DNA of 63,891 nt, filler included, from Octopus bimaculoides (taxonomy: Eukaryota), in NCBI RefSeq assembly GCF_001194135.2. It is 6 parts of 5 records of this genome, joined end to end, with 100 filler letters (N's around TTAATTAATTAA, not from the genome) between each part and the next. Parts side by side here need not be neighbours in the genome. Positions count along the whole stretch, not along the records: positions 62,851 to 63,891 come from NW_026340261.1; 5 more parts are not named here. One strand, written 5' to 3'. Shown piece by piece: positions 63,356-63,891 of this stretch. The notes under the pieces were generated by a model, which did no database searches, was not told the origin of the DNA, and saw only the letters and a list, made by a program, of their open reading frames with translations. The first letter of the stretch is position 1. Each line of letters begins with the position of its first letter. A program made the position numbers and the translations under genes.

Positions 63356-63391
<36 letters not shown>

Positions 63392-63891
63392 GTACAATTA
63401 TACACATAAATATAAATATATATATATATATGTATACATATATATCCATATATACATAACCACATACATACGTATATATATATATACACATACAAATATA
63501 TACTTATACACATACATGCATATATGTGAGTACACACATATAGCTAGATATGTATATATCTATATATAGATAGATATATATATATATAGATAGATATGTA
63601 TATATCTATATATATACATTTTTAAATATATACATACATACAGAGAGATAGAAAGTGAGAGAAACACACACACATATATCTATAATGTGTGTATAAATAT
63701 ATGCACACACATGCCCATACGCATATACTTGCACATTCACACGTTCATACACACACGCACTCACACACATGCCTATATATTTATTTACATATAAACAGAA
63801 ACACATTTAGATATAGTGGGAGATAATTATAATTAACTAACCATGCATACACGTACATACATAAATGTACATATACACACGTGTATATATA

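Overview
AT-rich, microsatellite-dense animal genomic DNA from a gappy draft assembly. An octopus/cephalopod origin is my inference from the repeat content and the mollusc-type IL-17; it is not proven. Two host genes are supportable. (1) An IL-17-family cytokine on + at the left edge: main exon 1891-2400, probable 2-codon first exon 1010-1015, upstream TATA and kB-like sites, and a 3' AU-rich element. (2) CTDNEP1/Dullard phosphatase. Its four C-terminal coding exons are on + (40238-45922), but its first coding exon is on the MINUS strand 14 kb downstream (59759-59661). The two exons in between, including the catalytic DLDET motif, were not found in the visible sequence. Inverting one gap-bounded block makes the gene collinear, so mis-scaffolding is the leading explanation. 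A real inversion, trans-splicing or a second paralog cannot be excluded from sequence alone. The rest is largely transposon debris: at least three RTE LINE families, mariner, DD37D/maT and hAT relics, MITEs and several SINE families. It also includes a ~2.1-kb non-autonomous LTR element with 4-bp TSD and a duplicated tRNA-Trp primer-binding site, and a 1-kb solo LTR that splits an RTE ORF. A ~93-bp, ~91%-identical inverted repeat at 26.6-27.3 kb is unexplained. Nearly all listed ORFs are microsatellite or N-gap artefacts. All alignments were done by eye; repeat boundaries are approximate unless a TSD or TIR is cited.
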